A stretch of 64,000 bases of DNA from Eledone cirrhosa (taxonomy: Eukaryota): NCBI GenBank assembly GCA_964016885.1, contig OZ024741.1, forward strand, positions 391,964,001 to 392,028,000. Direction: 5' to 3'. Shown in pieces: positions 25,517-39,126 of this stretch (the stretch's first letter is position 1; every line of letters begins with the position of its first letter). Under the pieces are notes generated by a model. The model was not told the DNA's origin and did no database searches. It saw nothing but the letters and a program-made list of their open reading frames with translations. The translations under genes were made by a program, and so were the position numbers.

Positions 25517-25744
25517 CTTTGAAGCTTTACATGATTTCAACTGGCGAACTTTATTTCCTTGATCTTGTATGCGTTTATTTAATTCTGAAGCGTTTTGATT
25601 AGAAACTGGAATAGATGTTTGTTGTTTCGCATCACCTTTTCCTTGAAATGATTTTGTACATCCCGGTTTCCAATCAAACCCACTCAGAGCCTTAAACTGA
25701 CTTTTGTATTCCAATAGAATTTTAACAGCTGCATCAATTTCAGG
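25517..25744 (-). CDS. EPRS1: EPRS exon, WHEP1 helix 2 plus WHEP2 helix 1
   Basis: PEIDAAVKILLEYKSQFKALSGFDWKPG...LNKRIQDQGNKVRQLKSCKASK; 228 nt, phase 0-0. Confidence 0.95.
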
Positions 25745-25857
25745 CTGGAAATATAGTAATAAAAATATAATTAATTGTATGGTGGTTCTTCAAACAGAGG
25801 CAGGAATCAGTAAAAGGGTATAAGACTATACAGGTATCAAAATAATTAGTTCAATAT

Positions 25858-26228
25858 CATCATCATTGTTTTTATGTCCATTTTTCCACGTTTGCATGGG
25901 TTGGATGGGTCCTTCTCAGTACAGCATGCCGTGTTCCTTTGTCAGTTCTCACCCCCCTCTGCCCAGATCTTTCTTGGTCTACATTTACTGTGGCTTCCAT
26001 CCACTGGGATTTCCACTTCTTCACCCAGCAATCATCATCCATGCGCACTGCATGCCTGTACCAACGCAGTCTTCTCTCTTGCACACCGCCTTGGATTCAT
26101 CTTAAACCCAGTTCCTCTATCAACTAACCCAAGCTCTGCTTTCATTTCACACTTACATTGCACTTCCATTGAAACATGGTTGCTTCATTTTTCTCTAACC
26201 TACGCATCTCCTCTGCAGTCACAGCCCA
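25858..26228 (-). mobile_element. RTE LINE 3' fragment, old
   Basis: QERRLRWYRHAVRMDDDCWVKK; (CAT)n tail. Confidence 0.8.
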
Positions 26229-26425
26229 TGAAAATATAATTCATTTTATAAAGAAAAAGTTGACAGTAACTTTACACTGATGATGACATCATCAGTCTGT
26301 GAAGACTATAGTTGTAGATACCAGTTATATGCTGAATTCCCTCTCGTGGGTGAAGTACAATGAGGTTTTTAGAGCTTAGAACCTGTAGAATTTGTAGGAA
26401 TGTCAAAAAATTGAATTGAAAAATA

Positions 26426-27693
26426 CGAGGGTGGGCTGAAAAGTTCATAGGCTGACTATAAACAAGTGATGCTAGAGCTGTGAAATCTTGCATGCATTAA
26501 TTTCAACTTATTAATAACTGCATTCTTACTTTCCCGGTAAACTGGCATCTGACTGTTCAAAGAAAACTTCAAAAGTAACTACTAGCAACTTTTGAAAATG
26601 GACAAAATTTGGCATTGTGGTGTTATCAGGTACCCGCAGAAAAAGGGTTTAGCTCCCAAGGACATTTATGCTGAGGTGGTTGCTATATTAAGGGATGACG
26701 CTCTATATTTTATCAACAGTACAAAAAGGGGCAGCTGAATTCAGGAGGGGAAGAAGATGACCCAAGGTTTGGACGTCCAGCAACTGCCACCACTAAGGAA
26801 AACATTGATCACATTCACCACATGGTGATGGATGGCAGGCGATTGACTTTAAATCAAATGGCCAATGTTATTTGCATATCCTGTGAGAGAGTTGAGAATA
26901 TTCTGCACAATGAACTTAGCATGATGAAGGTTTTTGGTCGGTGAGTGCCATGTCTTCTGAAACCTGATCAAAAGCGCACAAGAGTGATCACATCACGGGA
27001 AAATCTGGCATTGTTTGAGACAGATTCAGCTAGTTTCCTTGAACATTTCTTAACTCAGGATGAGTGCTGGGTTCATCACTTTGAGCCAGAGAAAAACCGA
27101 CAATCAATTCAGTGGAAACACCCCTCCTCACCTGCTCCAAAGAAGGCCAAGGTTGTTTCATATACAGAGAAGGTGATAGCCTCAGTTTTTGGGATGCGAA
27201 AGGCATTGTGTTTATTGACTATCTTCAAAAGGGCCACACTATAATGGAGAGTACTTTGCCAACTTGCTGAGGCAGTTACGAAAGGATATCAAGACCAAAT
27301 ACCCAGGAAAACTGATGACAGAGGTCTTGTTTTATCAGGAATGCTCCAACACACAAGTCCTTGGTTTCAATGGCTGTTGTGCATGACTATAGCTTTGAAC
27401 TGGTTGAGCACCCTCCTTATTCTTCTGATTTGACCCCATCTGACTATCATCCGTTCCCCAACATGAAAAACACTTGGCTAGGAACCAGTATCGCAGTGAT
27501 GATGACGTCATATCTGCTGTTGATGACTTTTTTTACCAACAGGATGAAAGCTTCTTCACCAATGGGATCCAAGCACTGGAACACCAAGGAATTGTGTGGA
27601 CCACAAGGGGGACTGTGTTGAAAAGTAAACCTCATTTGGTCACATTCCATGAGGGTATCTTGTTCAGCTTATGAGCTTTTCAGCTGACCGTCA
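26426..27693 (+). mobile_element. Full-length (1268 bp) decayed mariner transposon
   Basis: TA flanks; 30-bp TIRs (cgagggtgggctgaaaagttcataggctga, 24/30 match); transposase remnants *VPCLL (WVPHLL), TQDECWVHH, HPPYSSDLTPSDYH (YSPDLAPSD, D34D); frameshifted. Confidence 0.95.
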
Positions 27694-28887
27694 TATATAT
27701 TTTTATGTGAGTTTGTTTATGAGCCTTATTGGTAACAGGTAACATATATACTCGTATAGAAGTCAAGAGATATGTGACCAAAAAGAAAAATCCTTGGTAA
27801 AATGGTGTGAGTTATATTTGTGGTCACTATTTTGCCGATTTTCACCAACTTCAAAATTCTACATAAATGAGGTGTTAAAATATTTTCGTTTTGGAAGTAA
27901 ATATTACACCAGTTTCACTTTAGAGGTAAATATTACACCGGTTTCACTTTCATCACTAAATTGGTCTTCCTTATTGTTTTTGATGGGCCTACATCATTAT
28001 GTAATGGAATTGTGAAACAAAAAATATACCAAAAACATTTTAAATATCAAAATATTAAAGCTTGCATGATTCGATGGATGTATAACAGTAATAAACATGA
28101 ACAGCAAAGGATAAATGAATTGAGAGAGAACCTGGGCATAAGAGGGATCAGATAGCTGTATAAAAAGGTGTAGAGCGCTCAAAGTTGATGGAAACTATGG
28201 AGTAGGAAGACCTAGAAAGACTTGGCTGAGGTAATAAAAGCTGACCTTGCACAACTGCACCTCTCAAAGGCAATGACACAGGATCGAGATCTGTGACGGT
28301 ATGCAGTAACACAGAAGACTCACCTTCCCATGCGCATGATTTGAAGCATACAAGTAGTATGCACCACTTTTTCCTACCTCCCCCCTTCCATACATCTTCC
28401 ACATTTTAACACTTCACCCACATCCCTAGATCTACCTCCTCCACCCTAGCCCCCAGTCCACACTGTAAAATGGTCGTGTTGGTGACACAACAAAAAGCGC
28501 CCAGTACACACTGTAAATATGGTTGGCATTAGGAAGGGCATCCACCTGTAGAAACCAAGCCAGAATTTAGTTCTGTATGAGCAAGTAGCTTAGAGAATTA
28601 GATTCACAATCATGAGGTTGCCAGTTCAATTCCAAGACTGGATGATGCCTTATGACCTTGAGCAAGACACTTTACTTCATATTGTTCTTTCTGCCAGGAG
28701 TTGTGACCAGAAGATAGTATCAATAGAAACATTGTTTCCTTGGTCCAATTTGACAGGTTCCACCCCACTCAGTAAGCAAATGAGGTCTGAGATCTTATCA
28801 ATCGATATTGTCTCCAATTCACAGCAACATTCCAAAACATATTTTGAATTGATGGTAAACAAATTCACACATCAATGTAGTACATAC

Positions 28888-29037
28888 CTTGGTAGCTTTA
28901 TTTTCTTTCAGTTTACGAACAATAGCACCTTGTTGTTGAATTTGAGTATCTACATCCAAAGCTTCTTTAGAAAATACTTGAGGGAATTCTTCTTGTGGAG
29001 ATTTTTCAGCTGATTTTCCTTTCTTACTTTGTGCTTT
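28888..29037 (-). CDS. EPRS1: EPRS exon, linker plus first helix of WHEP1
   Basis: KAQSKKGKSAEKSPQEEFPQVFSKEALDVDTQIQQQGAIVRKLKENKATK; phase 0-0. Confidence 0.92.
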
Positions 29038-30465
29038 CTGAAGTGATTAAAAATATTTCTTGTACAAAATCTCACTAGAGATGATTACACATGTCTCAAA
29101 GTGTGAATCTATGACTTCTACCATGCACTAAATTACAGTAAATAACTATTACAGCATTACCTATCTGCAACATTTACTTTCAGTGGTATGGTCGTCTCAC
29201 ATATGTAAGATTAAAAAACTTTCAATTGAGATTATCGAAGCAATTAGTAGACAAAACTCCCTCTTGTGGTCTTTAAGATTTTTGATACCAAACTACTCCT
29301 GGTTCTATGAAAGAAAACTGTTTATTTCAAAACCTTCCGTCATAATTTTATGTAAGAACCTTTGTTATGTTTCAAACACCAGCTTAATAATGAGAAAGTT
29401 AGGTATATTAATAAATTCTTCCAAATTCTCAATTATTTTCAAAATTATTTGAAAGTCATAGGCAGTGTTTTTTGTTATAAATATGGTATGAAAATGGTTA
29501 AAATCTAAAAAGAAACAAGAACAACTCCACCAAAATTAGTTGATAAACTGCACCGTAAGATACTATTAGGTGTACCACGAAAGAGCAAGACTCTATTTCA
29601 AAATGTGAAATATGCAAATTGATATTAATAATGGTTTCTGATTTAGGCACAAGGCCAACAATTTTAGAGGAGGAGAAAGTAGATTAAATTACTCCAGTGT
29701 GTTACTGGTACTTTATTTTATCAACTCCACAAGGATGAAAGGCAAAGCTAATCTTGTCAAGAATTGAACTCAGAATGTAAAGGGATGTTACTATATGACA
29801 CGAAGCATGTTGTCAAATGCTCTACAAATACTGCCTTCAAATTGATATGAATAATAAAATTCATATATAACTGTCAAAATGAAAAGCAACTTAACTAAGA
29901 ACAAAGACATTGCCAAAAAACACCAAGCACATTTTTCTCATTGATTGTTTTATTTATTGACTAAAGAAAGAAGTACAAATAATTTTTAATCATCTATATT
30001 TCTACTTTATGCTATGCTAATATGTATAAATGTCTCTTTTGAATATATTTTTGATTTAAAGTACTAAGTGCACCAAAATATTTTTACTTGTTCTAAAGTG
30101 AGCTGTGAGTAAAAAGAAGTATGGGAACCACTGATACAGACAATGTAGATTAGAGAGAGCTTGGTCTTTAAAGCCAACTGGCGAAAACAATAGTTTTAAT
30201 AGACCGTTTCAGTAAAGCATATTCTACTCAGTTGCAAAGACTAAGAGTGATCAATATATATATATATATATATCCATGCTAGCAGGAAAAGCTGATGATG
30301 ATATAATCATCATCGTTTTTTACATTCACTTTTTCATGGTGGCATGGGTTGAACAGGAAGGTTTGAGATATTTTACAGCCAGATGCCATTCCAGACACCA
30401 ACCCTTTCAGTTGCCTCTTATGACATGTAGTGTACCTATTCTAAAAACCTGGATACACATGGCCT

Positions 30466-30515
<50 letters not shown>

Positions 30516-30996
30516 AAGAGAAAAGGAATGCAAAGTGACATTAGTTTCTATAGTATTAATTTATCATACTATTATGTACAATTAAATTCTATTTAGACTA
30601 ATTTCTTTGTAATCTCTGCTATGTTACTCAACTGTTATTCTCTTGTTAGTGTTTCATGTGTAACAATAACATTTTATATAACATTTAAGGTGACAGAGGC
30701 CCATTAATATGACAACTTGTGGGCACGTTTCTAAAAAATTCTTTGATCTGTTGATTAATCTCTAAATAAAATTCAATCTTGGAGTCATAATCTTTAGGAA
30801 AGCATGGGATGATCATGACTAGAATATTAAGTAAATGATCAAATTTGAAGATGAGCAACCCACCTGATCATATATTACAGAAAAGATAGAAGTAAGCCAT
30901 AGCTACAATGCATTGGTCATTCCCAAACATTTGATCAGCAGTCTCTACAACCATTTGTTCACAAGATAGGTAACAATCATTTAAAAAAGGACCTAC

Positions 30997-31120
30997 TTCT
31001 TTTGCACTAATTTCTTGAGAATGTTCTTGTTTACTGCTCAATGCAAGTTTTGATTTTTCTTTCTGATGACCATCAGGAATGTAGAAAAGGACACACGGAC
31101 TTTCTAAACCAGTGAAACGA
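30997..31120 (-). CDS. EPRS1: EPRS exon, GluRS C-terminus and linker
   Basis: RFTGLESPCVLFYIPDGHQKEKSKLALSSKQEHSQEISAKE. Confidence 0.94.
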
Positions 31121-31201
31121 CTACAAAAGAAATAATTAGAATAAAATGAAATGAAATAAAATATGGCAGCAATATTTTGGGGTTTTCAGTTTATACATTA
31201 A

Positions 31202-33025
31202 CTAGCAGTGGTTTCCGGCATTGCACGGGATAAGGTATTTTGGAACACGGGCCGCCAACAGACCTAATCGTGGAAAAACTGCATGCCTGGACAATATGTA
31301 AAGAAAATAAACCGAATACTCTGATGGCTGGATAATCTTTAAGATTTTCCTCGATGAAGTAGGAAAAATGTAGGTTTTCACCTAATGTGGCCCCTAGGGG
31401 ATCAAGAAAATGAATTTTTTTATGTGCATAATATGCCTTGAAATTTCAGGAAAATCGGCTAGACGTAACACCTCAAAAAAGCCCTAAAAAGCTGAAAAAT
31501 GAGGTTTTTCACCTAATGTGGGCCCTACGCCATAAAAAAGTTGGATTTTATTTGTTCACGGTATGAAGAAGAGACTGACTAATACATAGTTACAATTTCA
31601 AGGAAATCAGTCTACGTAACGACTCAAAAAACCCCTAAAAACCTGAAAAAACGCAGTTTTTCAACTAATGCGGGCCCTAGGGGATCAAAAAGTTGAATTT
31701 TAAGTACTTTACATGTGTATTACTTATGAAACATAAGTAATACACATGTAAAGTTTTAAAAAAGTCGGTTGGGTACTTCTCGAGTTTTAGGGATTCAAAC
31801 TCAGACACACACACATACAGACATCCTCAGGGAAGTGACGTAATGCAGACAGTCAGACATACAGACAGATATTATAAGGATGCAACGTTATATGTATGTA
31901 TCTATCTAAAAAGAGAAAGACTAAGAATTATAGAGAGAGATCGCTAAATCGCCTAATGCGGTCCCTAGGGCATTGAAAATTTGAAATTTCTTTTGCTCAG
32001 AACACTCCCTGAAACATAAGTATTATATGTGTAAAGTTTGAAAACAGTTGGTTGGGTGGTTCTCGAGTTTTAGGGATTCAAAATCACACACACACACAGA
32101 CAGACATCCTCAGTTTTATATCATAATTTATAAAGCTCAGTGTGTGGTCATGCTCCTTCGTTATAGAAATCTACGATATAGAATTTTTTCAATTGAAATT
32201 TACAATTCAGTATTCAAAATAGTTTCGATTGCGTCTTGACGCAGATAATTTTTTCAATTTCACCCACAATTACGCAAAAAATAGATAAAACTCAATATTT
32301 TACGATTTTTCTCTCTCATTTAAACTGCTGAACTCTTTCTACTACCATTCAAAATCTATACAACTTCATACTTTCTGCTACTTTCTCTTTCCAAGCTTGA
32401 TGGTGATACTGTCTGTTCACACCACTCCCTACTGTCTTAAATTTAGAAAACACATATCCTCTATGAGGTTACTAAACCTGCTAGAAACAGCAGCTAACTC
32501 TCCCCCATATCACACCCCTCCCTACTGTCTTAAATTTAGAAAACATATCTTCTATGAGGTCACTAAACCTGCTAGAAACAGCAGCTAACTCTCCCCCATA
32601 TCACACCACTCCCTACTGTCTTAAATTTAGAAAACACATATCCTCTATGAGGTCACTAAACCTGCTAGAAACAACAGCTAACTCTCCCTCATATCACAAC
32701 CCTCCCTACTGTCTTAAATTTAGAAAACACACAGACAACCATGCAGAACAACTCCATTGCAGCTCTGTTGTTCGGCTGGCAACGTCTACGCGCGTGTTGC
32801 GCAAGTACTGTGAAACAATAAATTTCAACACTTTTTTGCACAGAGATAATATCCATAGGCGAAACTACAATTGTCACTGCTGGCGCAGCTCATGCTTCCA
32901 GGTCTGCAATTCATTCACCCAGTGCCTGGCAGACAAAAAAGTGCTGCCATAAAATGGGTGGTGCAACCTAACTTTGGTAACTTAATGACCCCGAGCAACG
33001 CCGGGCTTTAATGCTAGTATATAGA
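31202..33025 (-). mobile_element. Non-autonomous Helitron, interrupted by a second Helitron
   Basis: 3' end cccgtgcaatgccgga...GCTAG at 31202; 5' TCTATATA|TATAAAACTG split by the 32121-33017 insert; internal repeats of cctaatg(t/c)gg(g)ccctagg. Confidence 0.75.
32121..33017 (+). mobile_element. Non-autonomous Helitron carrying a ~93-bp tandem repeat
   Basis: A|TC start; 3' cccgagcaacgccggg hairpin plus ATGCTAG|T; about 3.4 copies of a 91-93 bp unit at 32418-32732. Confidence 0.8.
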
Positions 33026-33441
33026 TAATCCTTAGTAGTTGGCAATTGCTGCTGCTGCACTAGTCATTGGATATGATAACCTCATGTACTTACCTGATTA
33101 ACTATGTGAGTGACCAACCTGTGTCCCACTCCATCATATATATGTACACACACACACACATATATACATGACAAGTCTTTTGTACTGAACCCATTTACTT
33201 ACAAGGTCAAGGCTACACAAGACAACATTTGTCCAAAGTGTCACACAGTTCAAACTTCCTAAAAACAGAGATATACTAGCAACTATTTTATATAAGATAT
33301 TGGCAAATCTCTCTTTCTATCTCACACACACACACACATATATACACATATCCTTTTCTGCATGTGCAAATACAATTATATAATGAAAATGAGAAAATAA
33401 ATAATAATTAGTTTTATATAGATATTCAATTAAAGACAAAC

Positions 33442-33554
33442 CTCAAATGTTCATAAGGTTGGTCACAAATATAAAATCCTTTCCGTTGAAGTTGTATAAT
33501 GTCACCTTTCTTTAAATTGGCTAAAGATGCATCACCCAATAGAAGCTCTTCTTT
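33442..33554 (-). CDS. EPRS1: EPRS exon, GluRS anticodon-binding domain
   Basis: [37 protein letters not shown]. Confidence 0.96.
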
Positions 33555-34623
33555 CTAAAGAAAATGATACACAAAACTTTTAATAAAAATATATTTATAC
33601 ACTTATTTGGAGTGGAGTAATACTGATTTCTTTCTTTTTAACATTAATAGTTACAAGAGATGCAATTTGACCATATCCTCACAGTATAACAACAATGGTG
33701 TATCACAGACAGTAGAGAGTACTTACCAGGAAAAGTATGAACAAAATATACTTAGTTTTATTTATCTATTTGTCAGTCATAGAAGAAATATGTAAAAGAT
33801 CTGTCCTTTAGAAAAAAGCCTACCAAAGAATCATCAGAGAGGTGAGCAGCATATCCAGTCAAGAAACTGAAGTCACAATGGTTCAGTCTACCTAGCTGTG
33901 AGCAGGAATTACAGGATGGCCCAGTGGTAGTACTATAAAACTGATAAACAATTTCACTAACTTAGCAGTTCTGAATGTTGATCTTTCTGTGGTTTACTAG
34001 AAACTAAAACAATGTGACTCCCATTTAATTTCAGTATCACTCAAAAGTGCAACCAACAATGAATGAGTTTTGAATCATTTATGTGAAGACTACAAAAATG
34101 AATGCTAAACTAGTAATTCATTAATATTGTTGTTGTTTAGTTTAAAGCCAGCCACATTATCCTGTCTTTTTGTATATCAGGGCCTTGATGGTCTTATGTG
34201 TCATTTAGAGATGTGGTTGCTATTTCTAGTAGGGTGAGAGACTATATATAGCTTGTATGAGAATATGAAATTTGGATGTCGTATTACTATTTGTAATAAA
34301 AATTGGATAAATTTTAAAGGTTTTATTTTAACTGAAGAATACAGATTAAAATAGTTGAATTTTTCCTACATTTTTAAGAGTTCAAAAATAGCAACTGTAT
34401 AGGGTGAAAATGAATAAACTTTGATGATACGCCTTAAGCAATATGAATAAGTATGTGAAACATTTTTGGTGATAAAACAACTACATTAGAATCTACCTGT
34501 ATGTCAATGTTCTAAGATGATTAGCCAATAAGAAATCATCTACATGGGCTGTTGATTTGCTAGGTATGTCAGTTAAATTTTTCTAATCACACTATACCAT
34601 GTCTAAAAAAAGGAAGGACATAT

Positions 34624-34958
34624 GGAGGCACATGGCTTAGTGGTTAGAACATTGGCCTTGCAATCGAAAGGTTGTGAGTTCAATTCTCAGACCGGGTGAT
34701 GTGTTGTTTCTTTGAGCAAGACACTTTATTTCACATTGCTCCAGTTTACTCAGCTGTAGAAATGAGATGATAGGGACTGGGGTCCATATCATTCCACTGC
34801 AAAGTGGTCGTGGAGGTGCCACGGCAAAAAAGCACCCAGAACTCACTGTAAATGAGGTTGGTGTTAGGAAGGGCATCCAGCTGTAGAAATCAAGCCAGAA
34901 TCAGTTCCCGTCCCACCCTTGCAAGCAGGGAAAAAGCGGACGTAAAATGAAATGATGA
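34624..34958 (+). mobile_element. tRNA-derived CORE-like SINE with RTE tail
   Basis: Same family as 498-940. Confidence 0.85.
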
Positions 34959-35795
34959 TATCATATATTGTCGTCTATGTTTGAAAAGACTGAATGACCA
35001 TGAATATGATGCCTTTTTTTTACCAGGACTGACCTGGGGTTACATAACAACAGCAGTAGCATATACTAATATGAAGTTGTTTTTTATCAGAGGGATAAGT
35101 ATCATGATGAAGTTACTTACTTAAGCAAACAAAAGAATCATAAAGCAAATTATTAATTGTTATAAACATTCTTTACAAAAGGATTCTAGTATAGCAGGTT
35201 TGGGTAATATGTCAAATCCCACATACTAAATTCAAATGAATATGTTATTAAAATATAACTTAATCTATTTGATACCAACTCACCCAAAACAACTTCTTGT
35301 TTTAAAAGGGTTCATATTTTATGTAAAACCTTTCAGCATTTTATATAAGAAGTTTTTATTAAGTTATGTATGTTACAAATACCAACTTAATAATAGTTTC
35401 TGATATAGGCACAAAGCCAACAATTTTGGAGGAGAGAAAAGCTGATTAAATTAACTCCAGTGTGTTACTGGTACTTATTGTATCAACCCCATAAGGACGA
35501 AAGGCAAAGCTAACCTCAGCGAGCTTTGAACTCAGAACGTAAAGGGACATAACCAAATGCTGCAACGCATGTCTGACACTCTACCAATACTGCTAATCCA
35601 CTGCTCTACTTAATAATTTTAGTAAATCTTTCCAAATTCTTCATTAATTGAACTGTCATGTGTTTTGTTGAGAATATGGTCACAAAAGGGTTAGTCAAAT
35701 TCTAGAAAAAAAAAACATTAAAAAATATTCTATTACTTCAACAGCTATCATCAGAAATACATTTTTAAAACTGAAACCAAAATTGAATTATTTAC

Positions 35796-35948
35796 CTTAG
35801 AATTTTTGTTCACATATTGTTTAAAATCTTCATCTTTACCCAACAATGGTTTAGAAATGATATGATCAAAAGTAACTGCAATGGTAGGCACTAAATGGCA
35901 TTCTTCAGAATTAAGTAACCAAGTAAGTTTTTGTGTTTTTTTATAATC
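35796..35948 (-). CDS. EPRS1: EPRS exon, GluRS anticodon-binding domain
   Basis: [51 protein letters not shown]. Confidence 0.95.
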
Positions 35949-36686
35949 CTGAAATTAAAAAATAAAATACATCAAATGAGGTTGTTAGTGTTAGGAATGA
36001 CATCCAGCTATAGAAATCATACCAAGTGTAATGTATGTGATATACTAAGTGTAATCGTTTAATGTCTATCTTCCATGCTAGCATGGGTTTAGACGGGAAT
36101 TGTCCCACTTAGGACCTGCCAGACAGTCCTATACGAGCGAAACATGGTCACCCGACCACTCTTGCCTCAAGTGGGACAATTCCCGTTAAAAACCCATGCT
36201 AGCATGGAAGATAGACGTTAAATGATGATGATGAATGTATGTGATGTTGATTGTCTATCAATATACTTAAAATTTACCTTGTGTCTAATGAAAATTGAAA
36301 TAAATAAATATAATAAAAAACAAAACAACACTATTGTTAATAAGTAACTAATTAATAAGTCTAAAGTCTGTCTTGAGCCCTGAAGCTCATCAGGATGGTG
36401 TTTATCCCAATTTCCTTGGCATTAAACAACTTAGAGTAAAAGGCTTCCCCCAGGAGAGGATGCCAGTCCATAACAGGGTCAAACCCCCAGCTACTGCTGG
36501 TATTCATTTTCAGCTTAGTATATGGGAGCAATGTTTTGCTTAAGAACACAACACAAAACCCAGTCCAGGAATGGAACACATGACCTTATGGCCGGAGTCT
36601 AACACCCTAACCACTAGGCCTTCACAATTAATAAATAACTACAAAAAGTTTTGAAGAAAAAAATAATGTAAAATAAATTGACTTAC

Positions 36687-36741
36687 AGTATTTTCTAAAT
36701 CCAAGCTGGCAACAATATTAGATACAGCTCCTGCATCATTC
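36687..36741 (-). CDS. EPRS1: EPRS exon, GluRS anticodon-binding domain
   Basis: NDAGAVSNIVASLDLENT; 55 nt, TAG/GTAAGT; phase bridges the neighbours. Confidence 0.9.
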
Positions 36742-38207
36742 CTAATAGAACAAAGCAAATGTTTCAATCTAATTTTGTGTGGCCATCAAGTGATTTTCAT
36801 TCAATATTTCATAAATAGAAAATGAAGTTGAACTATAATGGCACAATTTTAATGGGTTAGAATAGGAAGGACAGAGTCCATAAACCTTGGAAAGGTTTAT
36901 GGAATTGATAAACTGAAGGGAAAAAGTTATCTTTAGATTAGGGATCTAGTCTGAATACTTCTTAAGCACCAGGTGGCAATGTTAAACTAGATGCTTGATT
37001 AAATCTAACAACTGAGAGAGAACATGAATGACTCTTGTAAGGGCCTTCCACATATTTTCTATTAACAAAATTTCATTTACAAGACTTTGGTAGAAGATAA
37101 GTGCACAAGCTGCTGTGGAGTGGAATTGAATTTAAAACCACATAGTTGTGAATAAAACTTCTTAACTATACAGACATTTGTGGAAGATGAGAAATGTATT
37201 GAAGAGATAAGGGCACTAGAAATAATATACACATAAGATGGAAAAATAAGAAGCAAAGCAGAGTGTAGACAATTTTTTAATTTGTTTAGAAGAAAAATTG
37301 AGTGACATAAAATTCCCCAAACAAAACCAATTGAAACGTCCATAGTACAACTAAGGAATTAAAAGTTAAAATAAATCAGAAGAATGAACCCTAAAATAGA
37401 TTACACATAAGCAATTGGATCATTCTTATAGAGTATTCTTATCTCTGATCAAAATGACCTTGTATGCCAATTGCTCCAAACTAAAAAAACATGTTAAACT
37501 TATTTTTTTGTTAGTTTTTCTTTAATGGAAAATTAACAGTTGCTAATGCAAATCTCCCTACTCCATGTCCAAGGGAAAATAAGACCAACACAGCCTACCA
37601 CCAATTTTGTTGCAGGTGTTGCCAGAAAATCAAGCAATGGAATAGATACAAGGCATCTCGCCTGAGGCTCTAAAAATGTTGCTAAATTCACCGCCTTGGG
37701 CTGGTACTTTATTTATTGACCCAGAAAGGATAAAAGGCAGAGCAAAGAAAGTTAGAACAACTGCTGCATGATATTCCATCTGGAGCTCTAATGACAGCTA
37801 ATTTAATATTGAAGTTGTAATATGTGAAGTATAGCTTTCTTCATCAAAGCTGTCCAATGTCATAAAAAAATGGAAAGGAGCCATTATCAGATCAAACTGA
37901 GGAAATAGTGTTTCCATTGTTAATATTATCTGCCAGTTGCAACTCCTGGCAGAAAGAGCAACGTGAAGTAAAGTATTTAGCTCAAGAGCCCAACAGGCTG
38001 CCTGGTCCAAGAATTAACCCCTCATCATACAATTGTAAGTCTAACACCCTAATCACTAGGCCATATGTCTTCACAATGTCATCAAACAAAAATAAATTAT
38101 CTCCAATTTATGGAGAATTGGCAAGAACTAATAATAGAGATAATGTGAAGCACAAAACAGAAATTGATATCATGTAATTAATATTTACACCCAACTATTT
38201 CATTATA

Positions 38208-38326
38208 CAAAGTGGCCCAAAAGTCATTAGACCATTTTAAAATCTAACCTTTTTTTACAATTAATTTTTAATAAATAAAAGGGTTATTATATTTTGAAAT
38301 GGTCTAGTAACTTTTGGGCCACCCTG
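38208..38326. mobile_element. 119-bp Tc1/mariner-like MITE
   Basis: TA-caaagtggcccaaaagtcattagaccatttt ... gaaatggtctagtaacttttgggccaccctg-TA. Confidence 0.8.
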
Positions 38327-38989
38327 TAGGTACAATAAAAACATCCTAAATGTTGGTTTGATCAACTAAATCCTTTGACTGGGTTATCTATGCTTTAGTA
38401 TATAGTGTAATGAAACATTTGGATATAGAAGTGGTACTATAGAGCAGAGAGACTTATGATCAGTGACATATTCTTTGAAGAATTTCAATCTTATGCGATG
38501 CTTTTATTTTCTTTTTGTAAAATCTTGAATTATTTTGATTAAAGAGATGAGAGTGGAATCTTTTTTTAAAAATTTAGTTGGTCTGGAGAGATCAATGCTG
38601 ATGATGTTCTCCTTCAACTGTTGCTGGTCCACTCCTTTTGGAAAGACTAGGTGCAGTAGTTAGTGTGGGGTCTGGGGTGTTGAACATGAGTGAATAGAAG
38701 AGGAGAGATGAATGACTTGGGAGCGTCAAAGTAGGTGACGCAAGTTCAACAAGCTCTAAGGAGCAGAGACTATTGTACTGATGTAGAAGAAGCAGAGGGG
38801 ACAGCATATCTGTGGGTCAGAGGTTGAAGTTAAAACAAGGATATTAGAAAGACCTCTATGTTTTATGAGGAATGGGCAAACCACTTATGCTATTGTACCT
38901 TAAAAGATGAATAAAAAAGATAAACTAAAAAAAAAAAAAAATTGTAACTTTCATTTAGAGAAATGTGGTAGTTACAAATATATACCTAC

Positions 38990-39126
38990 TTTTTGATGGA
39001 GTCAATTTTTAAATTCCCCCAGTTAATGAATGTTGCAATTTCCCCTTCTTTCAGTGCCTCAGCATCTTCTTTTTCAATAATGATATTAGGGCCATACCAG
39101 ACAGGTTTTGTTCCTATGGAATCATT
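38990..39126 (-). CDS. EPRS1: EPRS exon, GluRS anticodon-binding domain
   Basis: NDSIGTKPVWYGPNIIIEKEDAEALKEGEIATFINWGNLKIDSIK. Confidence 0.95.

Noticed and set aside
26271-26328. Hammerhead candidate (TTTACA-CTGATGA...GAAGAC-TATA-GTT-GTAGA)
   Set aside because: GAAA is replaced by GAAG, stem II is poor, and the CTGATGA lies in a simple ACTGATGATG/CATCATCAGT palindrome; too degenerate to call.
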